Source: Eledone cirrhosa (Eukaryota). Taken from it: 64,000 bases of DNA. This document shows positions 42,101 through 54,100 of the stretch, in pieces. Below the pieces are notes generated by a model. That model searched no databases and was not told where the DNA came from. It was given only the letters and a program-made list of their open reading frames with translations. The position numbers were made by a program, and so were the translations under genes. Positions within the stretch are counted from its first letter, which is position 1; the number at the start of each line of letters is the position of its first letter. The DNA lies in assembly GCA_964016885.1 (NCBI GenBank), contig OZ024741.1, forward strand, positions 177,134,001-177,198,000. Direction: 5' to 3'.

Positions 42101-45100
42101 TTACAGATATATACTCAGAGTCGGCCCATTCACTCGGGCCATTCTTGCTTCTCTCACCCATCTTTCAACAAAATGCTGGGAAGAGAGCACTTCCTTCTCT
42201 ACTCTGATTTTCCTTTTCAAATGAAATTTGAAAAAGTCAATCAGAGCATCACCGAAGAGGTAAGTGCTCGTCTTCAGCCCTTTCAAACGTGTCCACCATA
42301 CTATCTCTTTCGCCATGGCCACCAGACAGATAAAAACTGCCTGCCCTTCCCGGCTAAAGGAGGAGGGCGGGGCAATCCTCACGATAGACTCAGATGATAG
42401 CTGGATCCGTCCTAAACGCGACAGCAGGTGTTCGACATAAACCCACAAGTCAGCAATTTTCGGACACTGGACGAGTGCGTGCAGGACGGTTTCGTCGCCC
42501 TGCGCGCATCTCGGACATGCCCGGCTGACGGCACCTCCATGCCTGTAGAGTTTATCCCGAACTGGCAAGGCTCCTCGGTAGCACTGCCAGGCCAGAGATT
42601 TCTGGAAGTTGTCCATAGGCCCTGGCCCGAAAGTTCTTCCGAAGAGATTGGCTAGTTGATTTTCGTCGACGCCTAGAGTTTCCCCAAGTACGTCGTCGCT
42701 CTTCCCCTCCACTAATCCTCTATAGAACGCCGAGGTGGAGTTTCCACCGATCACATTGCCCGATTGGTCGAGGGCTGTGAGCGCCTGAAGACATTCCAGT
42801 CTCCAGGCGCTCCCTCTCGGTCTTCGCTTGACCCAGGACTGCAGCTCCGTCAAGGAAACGAGCTGGGGAAAAACGCGTCTAGCAAACGGCGACCACACCT
42901 GATCACCGTCGAGGAAGAGGTGGAGATGTCGTAGCCTGAGCGCGTGCCTGCGCATCATCAGCCACGGCATGCCCAGCCCTCCACGTAGCGGGTGTTGACA
43001 ACAGATGGACCGCCTGACCATCGGAGCACGTCCCTTCCACAAAAAGCGAAAGAGCAAACGCTCCAGCGCAGTCAGGCGAGGCTTAGGACAAGGTACGACG
43101 GTTAGGCGGTAGCAGATGACAGACGCGATGTACGCGTTAGCCACCTCCGCTCGACCTTTCAGGGATAGCTTCCTCTCCGCCCATTTCTGGGTGAGAGAAG
43201 CCACCCTGCTCGTCACCTCGTCCCAGTTTTTGTCCGTCTGGAGGTCCGGACCGAACCAGACCCCTAGCAATTTAACCGGTCCGTCCGTCCAGCGCCCGAC
43301 GACGCTGTTGGACGGCATGGACCTGCCTCTCCAGGTGCCGAGCTGCAGGCCCACTGACTTTTCCTGGTTGATCATTGCTCCTGTCACCGCTTCGTATTCT
43401 CTTAGTGTAGTGCCGATCGCCTCGATGTGTTTGGCGTTCGACACCACTACGGTGACATCGTCCGCATATGCTGACACGGATCTTCCGCATCCTAGTTCGC
43501 GCGGGACTCCCCTCAACGTCTCCAGTTTGTGCAGTAATGGCTCGAGAGTCAATACGTACAAGAGGGACGAGAGGGGACATCCTTGGCGGACCGAGCGCAT
43601 GATGTTGAACGGTTCCGACAGGTGACCGTTCACTCTCACCACAGAGCAGATGTCGCTGTGCATGGCAGCGATCCAGCCTCTGAAGACGGGCCCAAAGCCA
43701 GCCGCCCTCAGGACTGCCGCTAGGTAACGATGGTCGACCCTATCGAAAGCTTTCGACTGATCTAAATTGATCAAGGACCCACCCGTGCCAGGTTCCCTAG
43801 CTACCCTCTCTACGATGTATCGCATGAGGTGGAGGTTGTCGTGGATGGATCTGTCGGGAATGGCGCATGTCTGCGCCTCTCCCACCAGACCACCAACGAC
43901 AAGCGCCAACCTCTTTGCTAGCACCTTGGCCAAAATCTTAAACTCTGTGTTTAGCAGAGTTATGGGCCGGAAATTGTCTATGTTATCCCCCTTGTTCGGA
44001 TCCTTTCTCAGCAGTGCCACCGCTCCTCGGCTCACAGAACTGGGAATTCTCCCGTTCTGTTGCCAGTTGCAGTAGACGTCCGCCAAGAGGCCTCCGAACA
44101 AGTCTGGCATCTGTACGTAAAGTTCATAGGGCAGACCATCCAAACCAGGCGATTTACCCCTTGTGCAGCCAGTCATTGCCTCCCGTACTTCAGCGGCTGT
44201 TATCGGCTTTTCGCAACACCTCGCCTCAGTGGCCGAGAGCCGCGGCAGCCCGTCGAGGTAGACACTAAAGTCCATCCCTCTACCCGGCCCCCCGCTGCCC
44301 CCGAACAGCTGAGCGAAGTGTCGCTGAAAAGCTTCACACATTTGCCCGGGATCGAGTAGCATGCGCCCGTCGTGGTCCACCAAAGACCGGATCGTGGCTT
44401 TGTTGCCACGACGCGCCTCCGCCACTCGGGCCCATTGAACGGCTTTCGTCCCCTCGTGTCTGAGAGCACGCACCCTAGCTCTGACAACGCAGCCTTCGTG
44501 CTTTGCATTGAAGAATTGGTCAAGGGCCAATTTCGCCGCAAGCACGTCGGTCGCAATGCCTTTGCTAAGCGCCTCGTCTAATTTTTTAACTAGTTCTCCC
44601 TCTGCTCTATTTTTCTCTATTGCTAAAGCCTTACTAAACCTAATCGATTCTATTCTAATCGCTCTTTTCAGAGCAAACCACCACTTGTTGTTGACGATGG
44701 CCCCCGTCAACGCCCGCTTAACTAGTTCGCTAATCCGGTCTCTGTAGGCCTTGCGCGCTGGTAAGGACGCGTTTAGCTTCCAGTAGCCGGGTCCTCGTCT
44801 ATGAAGCCTATCTAAGTCAAGCACACAGGTCACGAATTTGTGGTCCGTGTAGCTGACTATCTTGAATTGTGGACAGCCTATGCTAGACCTATCTATTTCC
44901 CTACAAAATACTCTATCTAGATATGATCTGGATGACCCTATGCGGTTTGTCCAAGTCCACATTGGCACATTCGGGAAATCCAATCGGTACCTGTCAGACA
45001 GTTCAAAACGCCTGAGCAGGTTGGTGAGGCTCTTGCACCCTCCACCCCTATCCGCTAATCCCACACAGTCCCAGCGTGCATCTAAGATCCCGTTCCAGTC

Positions 45101-45520
45101 GCCCACTAACACTAAAGAGCGGGACGTTCCAAGAAAGGTCTCCAGACGCCGGAAGAAATCAGGCCGCCCTGCTCCTGTCGGGGCATAGACGGCCACTAGC
45201 CTGAAAGCTTGCCCGTCTCCGCTGGTCACGTCCAGCACCACCAGCTTACCCTCTGGGTCCAGGAAGATGGCCCGTATGGCGAGATCCAAACCTCTCCGAA
45301 AAAGTACAGCAACTCCTCCACCGGATCCAGGACGGCTGGGAGATGCGTACACATCGTAGCCGCCGAAGATCGGTGCGAAGGCCCGTGCTTCGGAGATTCT
45401 GGTCTCGCTGATGGCCACTACATCTATGTTTAGTGACCTGAGGTCGTTGAGCAGGTGACCCTGCTTCCATGACGACCCCAAGCCACGCGCATTTATGCTG
45501 CCTATTCTGAGTGAGGTCAT
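42101..45520 (-). CDS. Tx1-clade ORF2: APE endonuclease + reverse transcriptase + C-terminal zinc knuckle (1139 aa, intact)
   Basis: GSINARGL, SETR, VYAP, VGDWN, SYLDR, TDHK, GPGYWKLN, KSPGLDGL, FRPITLLN, DQSKAFDRV, QGCPLS, AYADD, GGLGMP, CPRC..ETVLHALVQC. Confidence 0.96.
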   Translation of the reverse strand: MTSLRIGSINARGLGSSWKQGHLLNDLRSLNIDVVAISETRISEARAFAPIFGGYDVYASPSRPGSGGGVAVLFRRGLDLAIRAIFLDPEGKLVVLDVTSGDGQAFRLVAVYAPTGAGRPDFFRRLETFLGTSRSLVLVGDWNGILDARWDCVGLADRGGGCKSLTNLLRRFELSDRYRLDFPNVPMWTWTNRIGSSRSYLDRVFCREIDRSSIGCPQFKIVSYTDHKFVTCVLDLDRLHRRGPGYWKLNASLPARKAYRDRISELVKRALTGAIVNNKWWFALKRAIRIESIRFSKALAIEKNRAEGELVKKLDEALSKGIATDVLAAKLALDQFFNAKHEGCVVRARVRALRHEGTKAVQWARVAEARRGNKATIRSLVDHDGRMLLDPGQMCEAFQRHFAQLFGGSGGPGRGMDFSVYLDGLPRLSATEARCCEKPITAAEVREAMTGCTRGKSPGLDGLPYELYVQMPDLFGGLLADVYCNWQQNGRIPSSVSRGAVALLRKDPNKGDNIDNFRPITLLNTEFKILAKVLAKRLALVVGGLVGEAQTCAIPDRSIHDNLHLMRYIVERVAREPGTGGSLINLDQSKAFDRVDHRYLAAVLRAAGFGPVFRGWIAAMHSDICSVVRVNGHLSEPFNIMRSVRQGCPLSSLLYVLTLEPLLHKLETLRGVPRELGCGRSVSAYADDVTVVVSNAKHIEAIGTTLREYEAVTGAMINQEKSVGLQLGTWRGRSMPSNSVVGRWTDGPVKLLGVWFGPDLQTDKNWDEVTSRVASLTQKWAERKLSLKGRAEVANAYIASVICYRLTVVPCPKPRLTALERLLFRFLWKGRAPMVRRSICCQHPLRGGLGMPWLMMRRHALRLRHLHLFLDGDQVWSPFARRVFPQLVSLTELQSWVKRRPRGSAWRLECLQALTALDQSGNVIGGNSTSAFYRGLVEGKSDDVLGETLGVDENQLANLFGRTFGPGPMDNFQKSLAWQCYRGALPVRDKLYRHGGAVSRACPRCAQGDETVLHALVQCPKIADLWVYVEHLLSRLGRIQLSSESIVRIAPPSSFSREGQAVFICLVAMAKEIVWWTRLKGLKTSTYLFGDALIDFFKFHLKRKIRVEKEVLSSQHFVERWVREARMARVNGPTLSIYL

Positions 45521-45555
45521 GTTTAAAATAGAGTGGAAAAGATGGGAAAGACCAC

Positions 45556-47651
45556 TTACCGTACTTTTGGTAGAGGAGGGATGGTTTTTACATCCCTTTT
45601 CACTTGATCGTCTGGTGAAGGGACCGTTGAATCGTCCCTTCGGCTGGGCGTCGGCTCTTCTAAGAGAATGTCTGAGTATACTCTTCGATTGATGGTTCCT
45701 CCTAGGTCCCTGAAATCACCAACTGCGTTGGGGAATTTCGTTTTAATATTTGTGTATTGTTTCTGTGCTATTTTTAGCAGTCTTATGTTAGTTGGCGTTT
45801 TGATTGGTGCTGGTATTATGTAGTCCTGTTGTGAAATGTCTGTGTGTTCAATTATGTAAGTCATTAGTTTCTTGTTGTGTGTATTTATTGCCGTGCATTT
45901 GTTTTTCTGGGGGTGGGGTGTGGTTCTGCTATTTTCTTGTCGTTGTTGCTGGGTGTGTGTGTTTTGTTGTTGTGTTTGCGATGTTGGTGCTTGTGGTGGT
46001 GGTGTTGAAGGTGTTGTTGGCGGTGGGGTTGTCGCCGGTGGTGATGGTGGCGCTAGTGTGGGTGGTGATGGTGTTGGTGTTGTTGCTGCTGTGGGTCTCT
46101 TTGCAGTAGACTTTACCCTTTTCTCATTTCTTTCCTCCCTTTTCAAAGGCGACGATGCGCTGCTTCTGCGTTTGTGCCTTCTTACGACCTTTTGCCATCT
46201 CTCTCCCACCTCACACTCCATGTCTGATTCTGTGAGGTCGGGGAGGGGTACCAACTCCACTCTTTCACTTGTTGTTGTTGGTGATGTTTGCACTGGAGTC
46301 TCTGTTGCAGCTGCATTTGGTATTGCTGTTGTTGTTGTTAGTATTTCCACTGCTGCTGCTGTTTTTGATTTCCGTGGAGTGGGTATGGGTGCCACGGGCC
46401 TATCGTTCCTGGTTGCCGCTTGTCCTGTTGCTGGTAGCCGTGGAGCCGGATTCGGAAGGAGGGGGGTTTTCTCCTTTCTCAGGGTCTTCTCGTTGCAGAA
46501 GGCCCTGAGGTGAGTCTTCGATCCACAGCGAAAGCATTTCGGGCGTTTGCCCTCAACACTTATGGGCAGTTGAGTGCCGTTATCGAAGTCTATCACATCC
46601 GGGATAGCTTCGATGCACTCCTGGTTGGTTTGGATTAGCATCTCAATGGAGGAGCCGACCCAATCTTCTCTTACTTTTTTCTGTACTTGCAGTACAGTTG
46701 TTTTGTCCTCGTTTCCGACGAGGACAGACGCGGCCAGCCAAGAAGGGGTCATTCCGGGGGGGACGTGGGTCAGTTTGACCCTCACAATTTTTTGCCCGCA
46801 GTAGGAGGGCACCAACACCATTTCCTCGCTCCTTAGGGTCACTACTGATTGGGCCTTTGCCTCCTGGGGTGTGGCAAAAAGTACGTCTACGGTGGCGTAT
46901 TTTTTGCCTCGGGTGATGTGCGTTTTCCTCTGCCACACAGACCCCAAGGCTTTTTGTATTTGGGCCTCTGTGGCTCTTTCCACCCTACGGGATTTTGTAC
47001 TTACTGTACGGTACGTGACCGTACAGTGCTCTTGGGTTTCGAAAAAGTTTTTCGCTGCCTTGCAGATTGCTCGGTGTCCGTTCTTTGTCACCATCTTCTT
47101 CGCTTCCTCTAATTCCTCATTTGTTATGAGGATTGTTTCCAAGTTTTTCGCAATACCTGCAAATGAGATTGGTTTTTCTCTGCTGTTGTTGTTGTCGTCA
47201 GAGCTGCTGGTACTTTTGTTGTTGCTGCAGGTACTACGACTACTGCCTCCGCGCTGTTGCTGTGGTTGTTGTTGGTGTTGCTGCTGCTAATGCTGTTGTT
47301 GTTTATGCTGCTGGTGATGCTGTTGCGGCTGCTACTGTTGTTTTCATTGTCACTGTTGCTGTTGTTATTACGGCTGCTACTGCTATTATTCCTGACGTCA
47401 GACGAATGAACTGGGTTTTCGTATTTCCCGCACACCTGTTTCGTCGCTGTCGTCGTCGTCGTGGAGAAACCTTGCACGCTTTGCACGAGACTTTTCTTTT
47501 CTTTCGTCGCTTGCGAAAGAGAAGGGAGGGAGAGAGACACATTTAAAGAAGGGAGGGAGAGAGACAATCTTCTCTCTGCTGTAGTGATGATTGAGGAAGA
47601 AGAAGACGGAATGAGTGGGAGTGACGTATGAAATTTCTTTTTCGTAGCCAT
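45556..47651 (-). CDS. Tx1-clade ORF1 (gag-like; Ser/Asn-rich N-terminus, CCHC knuckle, Pro/Thr-rich tail) with one 1-bp frameshift at ~47251
   Basis: ATG at 47651 (MATKKK, also in copy C); CFRCGSKTHLRAFC; copies A and C read GCCTCCGCCGCTG where B has GCCTCCGCGCTG. Confidence 0.85.
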
Positions 47652-47698
47652 GTTTTTTTGTTTAAAATGAAATTTTGGGTACAAAACCCCAATAACTG

Positions 47699-47726
47699 GT
47701 TATTTAACCCCGAAGGGCCAAATAAC
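47699..47726 (-). promoter_or_regulatory. 12-bp stem with C(UUCG)G tetraloop in the Tx1 5'UTR
   Basis: GTTATTTGGCCC-TTCG-GGGTTAAATAAC; loop and most of the stem retained in copies A and C. Confidence 0.55.
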
Positions 47727-47889
47727 GGACAGAAAGACCCCTCTCACGAGGAGGAGGGTGTCTTTATCAACAATTTGGTTCAAGTTTTAAACAATTTACA
47801 ATTGTTTTAACGGTTAAAAATTACTATACCTTACAGAGCCGAGCCTCCGTCAACCATGGCATTCAATAATAATAATAATAATAATAATA

Positions 47890-50800
47890 AAGAAAGGAGT
47901 GAAAAAGTGGAGGGAGTGCATGCTCAGGATGAAACTCCAAATGAAAATAATGAGATCGTAAATGATAAAGAAATGAATGAGAATGAACTTGCCAACTTGA
48001 AGGATGAAATTATGATCGAATGGATGAAAATGAAAGAATCTGACATGGGGGAACGAGACACCCTCCCTAAGATCCAGAACTCCAAACAGAACCAAAAGAT
48101 AATACACAAGACTAACATAATTCTCAAAAACATTATCATCACAAACAAAATAAACATTACTGACTTAAATCATCTCTATTATGCATCGGCTAAAGTCACC
48201 ACTCACTTATGTGGAGTGAAGATGAAAAAACAAAGGAATTCCCACAAGAAATCTACTTGGCAAGATAACATCAATCGCCAAATAAACCTTCTCCGATCTG
48301 ACATAGAAATTTTAACAAACTATAAAGTAGGTGAACATGTTAAACAAACTAAACTTAGAAAATTGAAAAAAAAGTACAGTATAAGATTAACATGTGACAT
48401 AGACATGCTGATAGAAACAATCAAGCAAAAAGTGTCGGCCAAAGCTGCTCGTATAAGGCGCTTTGAAAAACGATCTAGACTCTATAAGGACAATAATATG
48501 TTCAAAAACAACCAAAGAAACTTCTACAGAAAAATTGGTAAGTCAACAATAACTGCTAAATCAATACCACCCAAGGGGGAAGTGCAAGAATTCTGGGAAA
48601 AGATCTGGGCCGAAGAAAAAGTTCATAACATACATGCCCCATGGATAGACAGACAAATGAAAGATACAGCTCACCTTGAGGAACAAATATGGGAAAATAT
48701 AACAGTTGAACAGTTGCGCTTGGCTCTAAGAAAAACCAGCAAATGGAAATCCCCAGGAAAAGACAAAATACAAAACTTTTGGATAAATGCCTTCACAGAG
48801 TCTCATGAGCTGTTAGCCCAACTTTACAATGAAATAGTTAAGGAGCCAGAAAAGATACCATCATGGCTAGTTAACGGATTACATTCCTGCTTCCGAAGAA
48901 TGATGAGACAAACAATCCCAAAAATTACAGATCGATAACTTGCTTGACCACAATGTATAAAATCTTAACATCAGTCCTAACTGAATACACATATGACCAC
49001 CTGATAACAAATGACCTATTTCCCATTGAGCAGAAAGGGTGTAAACGAGGCTCATATGGCTGTAAGGATCAGCTTCTGGTTAACAAAATGATACTGGAAG
49101 ATTGTCATAATAGACACAAAAATCTATCGATTGCTTGGATAGATTATAAAAAAGCATTTGATAGTTTGCCACACAGTTGGATTGAAAAATGTTTAGAGAT
49201 TTTCAAAATATCCCCCGTTGTCAGGAGGTTTTTGTCATTCAGTATGAGGACATGGAAAACGACACTCCTTTTGAATAGTGAAACAAAATCACTGGAAGCT
49301 GGAGAAGTTAACATTAATTGTGGAATTTTTCAGGGTGACTCTTTATCACCGCTTTTATTCTGCATCGCACTTATACCATTAAGTAAAATGCTCAATGAAA
49401 CAAAACATGGATATAGAGTCTATGACAAAACCATTAATCACCTGTTCTACATGGATGACCTGAAACTATTCGCAAAAAATGATGAACAATTGCAAGGGCT
49501 ATTATCCACTGTGAAGCAGTTCAGTGATGACATTAAAATGGAGTTTGGACTGGATAAATGCGCCAAAGCAACGTTCACCAGAGGAAAGCTGCTGAAGAGT
49601 TCAGACATTAATCTTGATCGGGGGAACGTGATAAGAGAGCTTGATCAAGAACAAACTTACAAATATCTAGGTGTTTGTGAAGGAGACGGAATCAAGCACT
49701 CGACAATGAGGGAAAGGATAAGGAAGGAATGTTACCGCAGAGTCAGAGCAATCTTAAGAACGGAATTGAATGCAAGGAATAGGATCGATGCCATAAACAC
49801 GCTTGCCATACCAGTAGTAACCTATAGTTACAATGTCATCAACTGGTCAAGCACAGAGATCCGTAGGCTCGATACAAAAATCCGAAAATTCTTAACCATG
49901 CACAGAATGCATCACCCTAAGGCAGACATAGATAGAATATATCTCCCTAGGAAAGAAGGAGGACGTGGGTTAATCCAGTTAGACATTGCGTTGAAAACTG
50001 CAACAATTGGATTATCCACATATCTAAGGGAATCACATGATTGGATGATCAAACTCGTTTTGAAACACGAAAGCACCAAAAGATCATATTCCATTACAAA
50101 AGATGCACAAAGATACAGTAATGGACTACAAATTTCAGAAGTCCCATTTACTGCTGAAATGGAAAACACAGAAAAAGCAAAGCAGGTAAAAGTAACTGCA
50201 AAGAAAGAACTGCTACAGAAACTGGCTAAGAAATGGCAAGAAAAGCCTCTGTATGGAAAATACCCAGAGCGAGCTAACAATCCTGATGTTGACAAAACTT
50301 TAACCCATCAGTGGTTGGCATCCTCTGGACTGAAATCGGAGACTGAAGGACTGATTATATCCGCACAAGATCAGTGTCTGCCAACAAAAAATTACCAATC
50401 CAATATAATAAAAAATGGGTGCAGCCCATTATGCCGTGTATGCAAAAAACAACCAGAGACCATTGACCATATAATTTCAATGTGCAGTCCTATAGCTCCA
50501 ACCGAATACCTAAACAGGCATGACAGAGCTGCACAATACATACATTGGATAATGTGTAAGCATTTTGACCTGCCCCATCAAAAGAATTGGTGGGAGCATC
50601 AACCACCTCCCATACTTGAAAAAGATCACATCTCAATCTTGTGGAACTTTAGCATCCAAACAGACCGAAAAATAGATGCAAATAGACCTGATATAATATT
50701 GAAGGACTTTCAAAGGAGGGTATGCCTGCTAATTGATATGTCTGTTCCAATAGACAAGAATGTATCTATAAAAACATTTGAAAAATTGAGCAAGTATAAG

Positions 50801-50998
50801 GACCTGGAGATAGAAATTGGAAAAATGTGGAAATTGAGAACTAAAACAATACCAGTGGTTGTAGGCGCTCTGGGAATGATACCTAAGGGGTCTAACGACT
50901 ACTTATCGCAAATCCCAGGAAACCCGCGTATAGGAGAAATACAAAAGATAGTACTAATGGGAACTGCCCATATACTAAGGAAGATCCTGTCAATATAA
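47890..50998 (+). pseudogene. R4-clade RT + CCHC + RLE reading frame, open except for one frameshift at ~48878
   Basis: ORFs 47856-48938 and 48944-50998 join as WLVNG/ITFLLPKNDETNNPKNYRSITCLTTMYKILTS; YMDD; CRVCKKQPETIDHIISMC; NRPDIILKD..LIDMSVP..KLSKYKDL. Confidence 0.92.
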
Positions 50999-51138
50999 GT
51001 ACATCACAAGTCTAAACACTAAGGATGCATGTGTGAATATGTGTGTTCTTTCTTGAACATGGCGGACCTTGTTGTCTCTTGAGGTCACTGGTTGTGACTT
51101 GGTGATAACTCGTATAAACATAAAGCAAGATAAATGCA
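47890..51138 (+). mobile_element. R4/Dong-clade element, family 1 copy 2 (5'-truncated)
   Basis: Highly similar to 36160-39296; bounded by (AAT)n. Confidence 0.94.
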
Positions 51139-51159
51139 AATAATAATAATAATAATAAT

Positions 51160-54100
51160 GAATTCTTTATTAACCACAAGGGTTTACATAAAGTAGACAT
51201 TAATGACAGTGCAAGACAATACAGGACGGTACAAATGGGCATTTCTGCGTGTAAAAAACAAAAACAGAGGATGTAACAAAAAATAACAATGAATGATTCC
51301 CCAATAGGGGGAGACTTCGGAGGGACATTTGTGGAGAAAGCCCAGTAAAAGGCCACAATGACCCTGACCACCAAGGCAAGTGCCCTCTCCCAGTTTTCCA
51401 CCTTTAATTTACAGATATATACTCAGAGTAGGCCCATTCACTCGGGCCATTCTTGCTTCTCTCACCCATCTTTCAACAAAATGCTGGGAAGAGAACACTT
51501 CCCTCTCTACTCTGAGTTTCATTTTCAAATGAAATTTGAAAAGGTCAATTAGATCATCACCGAAGAGGTAAGTGCTCGTCTTCAGCCCTTTCAATCGTGT
51601 CCTCCATACTATCTCTTTCGCCATGTCCACCAGACAGATAAAAACTGCCTGCCCTTCCGGGCTAAAGGAGGAGGGCGGGGCAATCCTCACGATGGACTCA
51701 GATGATAGCCGGATCCGTCCTAAACGCGACAGCAGGTGTTCGACATAAACCCACAAGTCAGCAATTTTCGGACACTGGACGAGTGCGTGCAGGACGGTTT
51801 CGTCGCCCTGCGCGCATCTCGGACATGCCCGACTGACGGCACCTCCATGCCTGTAGAGTTTATCCCGAACTGGCAAGGCTCCTGTAGCACTGCCAGGCCA
51901 GAGATTTTTGGAAGTTGTCCATAGGCCCCGGCCCGAAAGTTCTTCCGAAGAGATTGGCTAGTTGATTTTCGTCGACGCCTAGAGTTTCCCCAAGTACGTC
52001 GTCGCTCTTCCCCTCCACTAATCCTCTATAGAACGCCAAGGTGGAGTTTCCACCGATCACATTGCCCGATTGGTCGAGGGCTGTGAGCGCCTGAAGACAT
52101 TCCAGTCTCCAGGCGCTCCCTCTCGGTCTTCGCTTGACCCAGGACTGCAGCTCCGTCAAGGAAACGAGCTGGGGAATTACGTGTCTAGCAAACGGCGACC
52201 ACACCTGATCACCGTCGAGGAAGAGGTGGAGATGTCGTAGCCTGAGCGCGTGCCTCAGCATCATCAGCCACGGCATGCCCAGCCCTCGACGTAGCGGGTG
52301 TTGACAACAGATGGACCGCCTGACCATCGGAGCGCGTCCCTTCGACAAAAAGCGAAAGAGCAAACGCTCCAGCGCAGTCAGGCGAGGCTTAGGACAAGGT
52401 ACGACGGTCAGGCGGTAGCAGATGACAGACGCAATGTACGCCTTAGCCACCTTCGCTCGACCTTTCAGTGATAGCTTCCTCTCCGCCCATTTCTGGGTGA
52501 GAGAAGCCACCCTGCTCGTCACCGCGTCCCAGTTTTTGTCCGTCTGGAGGTCCGGACCGAACCAGACCCCTAGCAATTTAACCGGTCCGTCCGTCCAGCG
52601 TCCGATGATGCTGTTGGACGGCATGAACCTGCCCTTCAGGTGCCGAGCTGCAGGCCCACTGACTTTTCCTGGTTGATCATTGCTCCTGTCACCGCTTCGT
52701 ATTCTCTTATTGTAGTGCCGATCGCCTCGATGTGTTTGGCGTTCGACACCACTACAGTGACATCGTCCGCATATGCTGACACGGAACTTCCGCATCCTTG
52801 TTCGCGCGGGACGCCCCTCAACGTCTCCAGTTTGTGCAGTAATGGCTCAAGAGTCAATACGTACAAGAGGGACGAGAGGGGACATCCTTGGCGGACCGAG
52901 CGCATGATGTTGAACGGTTCCGACAGGTGACCGTTCACTCTCACCACAGAGCAGATGTCGCTGTGCATGGCAGCGATCCAGCCTCTGAAGACGGGCCCAA
53001 AGCCAGCCGCCCTTAGGACTGCCGCTAGGTAACGCTGGTCGACCCTATCGAAAGCTTTCGACTGATCTAAATTGATCAAGGACCCACCCGAACCAGGTTC
53101 CCTAGCTACCCTCTCTACGATGTATCGCATGAGGTGGAGGTTGTCGTGGATGGATCTGTCGGGAATGGCGCATGTCTGCGCCTCTCCCACCAGACCACCA
53201 ACGACAAGCGCCAACCTCTTTGCTAGCACCTTGGCCAAAATCTCGAACTCTGTGTTTAGCAGAGTTATGGGCCTAAAATTATCTATGTTATCCCCCTTGT
53301 TCGGATCCTTCCTCAGCAGTGCCACCGCTCCTCGCTCACAGAACTGGGAATTCTCCCGTTCTGTTGCAGTTGCAGTAGACGTCCGCCAAGAGGCCTCCGA
53401 ACAAGTCTGGCATCTGTACGTAAATTACATAGGGCAGACCATCCAACCAGGCGATTTACACCTTGTGCAGCCAGTCATTGCCTCCCTTACTTCAGCGGCT
53501 GTTGTCGGCTTTTAGCAACACTTCCCCTCAGTGGCCGAGAGCCGCGGCATTCCGTCGAGGTAGACACTAAAGTCCATCCCTCGACCCGGCTCACCGCTGC
53601 CCACGAACAACTGAGCGAAGTGTCGCTGAAAAGCTTCACACATTTGCCCGGGATCGAGTAGCATGCGCCCGTCGTGGTCCACCAAAGACCGGATCGTGGC
53701 TTTGTTGCCACGACGCGCCTCCGCCACTAGGGCCCATTGAACGGCTTTCGTCCCCTCGTGTCTGAGAGCACGCACCATTGCTCTGACAACTCAGCCTTCG
53801 TGCTTTGCATTGAAGAATTGGTCAAGGGCCAATTTCGCCGCAAGCACGTCGGTCGCAATGCCTTTGCTAAGCGCCTCGTCTAAATGTAAAACTAGTACAC
53901 ACTCTGCTCTATTTTTCTCTATTGCTAAAGCCTTACTAAACCTAATGGATTCTATTCTAATCGCTCTTTTCAGAGCAAACCACCACTTGTTGTTGACGAT
54001 GGCCCCCGTCAACGCCCGCTTAACTAGTTCGCTAATCCGGTCTCTGTAGCCCTTGCGCGCTGGTAAGGACGCGTTTAGCTTCCAGTAGCCGGGACCTCGT

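Larger units (their letters stand above)
41839..47864 (-). mobile_element. Full-length Tx1/L1-clade retrotransposon, copy B (best preserved)
   Basis: ~210 nt 5'UTR, ORF1, 35 nt spacer, intact ORF2, ~260 nt 3'UTR ending AATAAAGAAATC-(ATT)n. Confidence 0.95.

Noticed and set aside
47730-47765. CCTCCTCGTG in the Tx1 5'UTR resembles the L3 loop of HDV-like ribozymes of R2-type elements
   Set aside because: P3 does not pair in the canonical register and I could not build P1/P2/P4; a simple hairpin explains it. An RNAMotif HDV scan would settle it.
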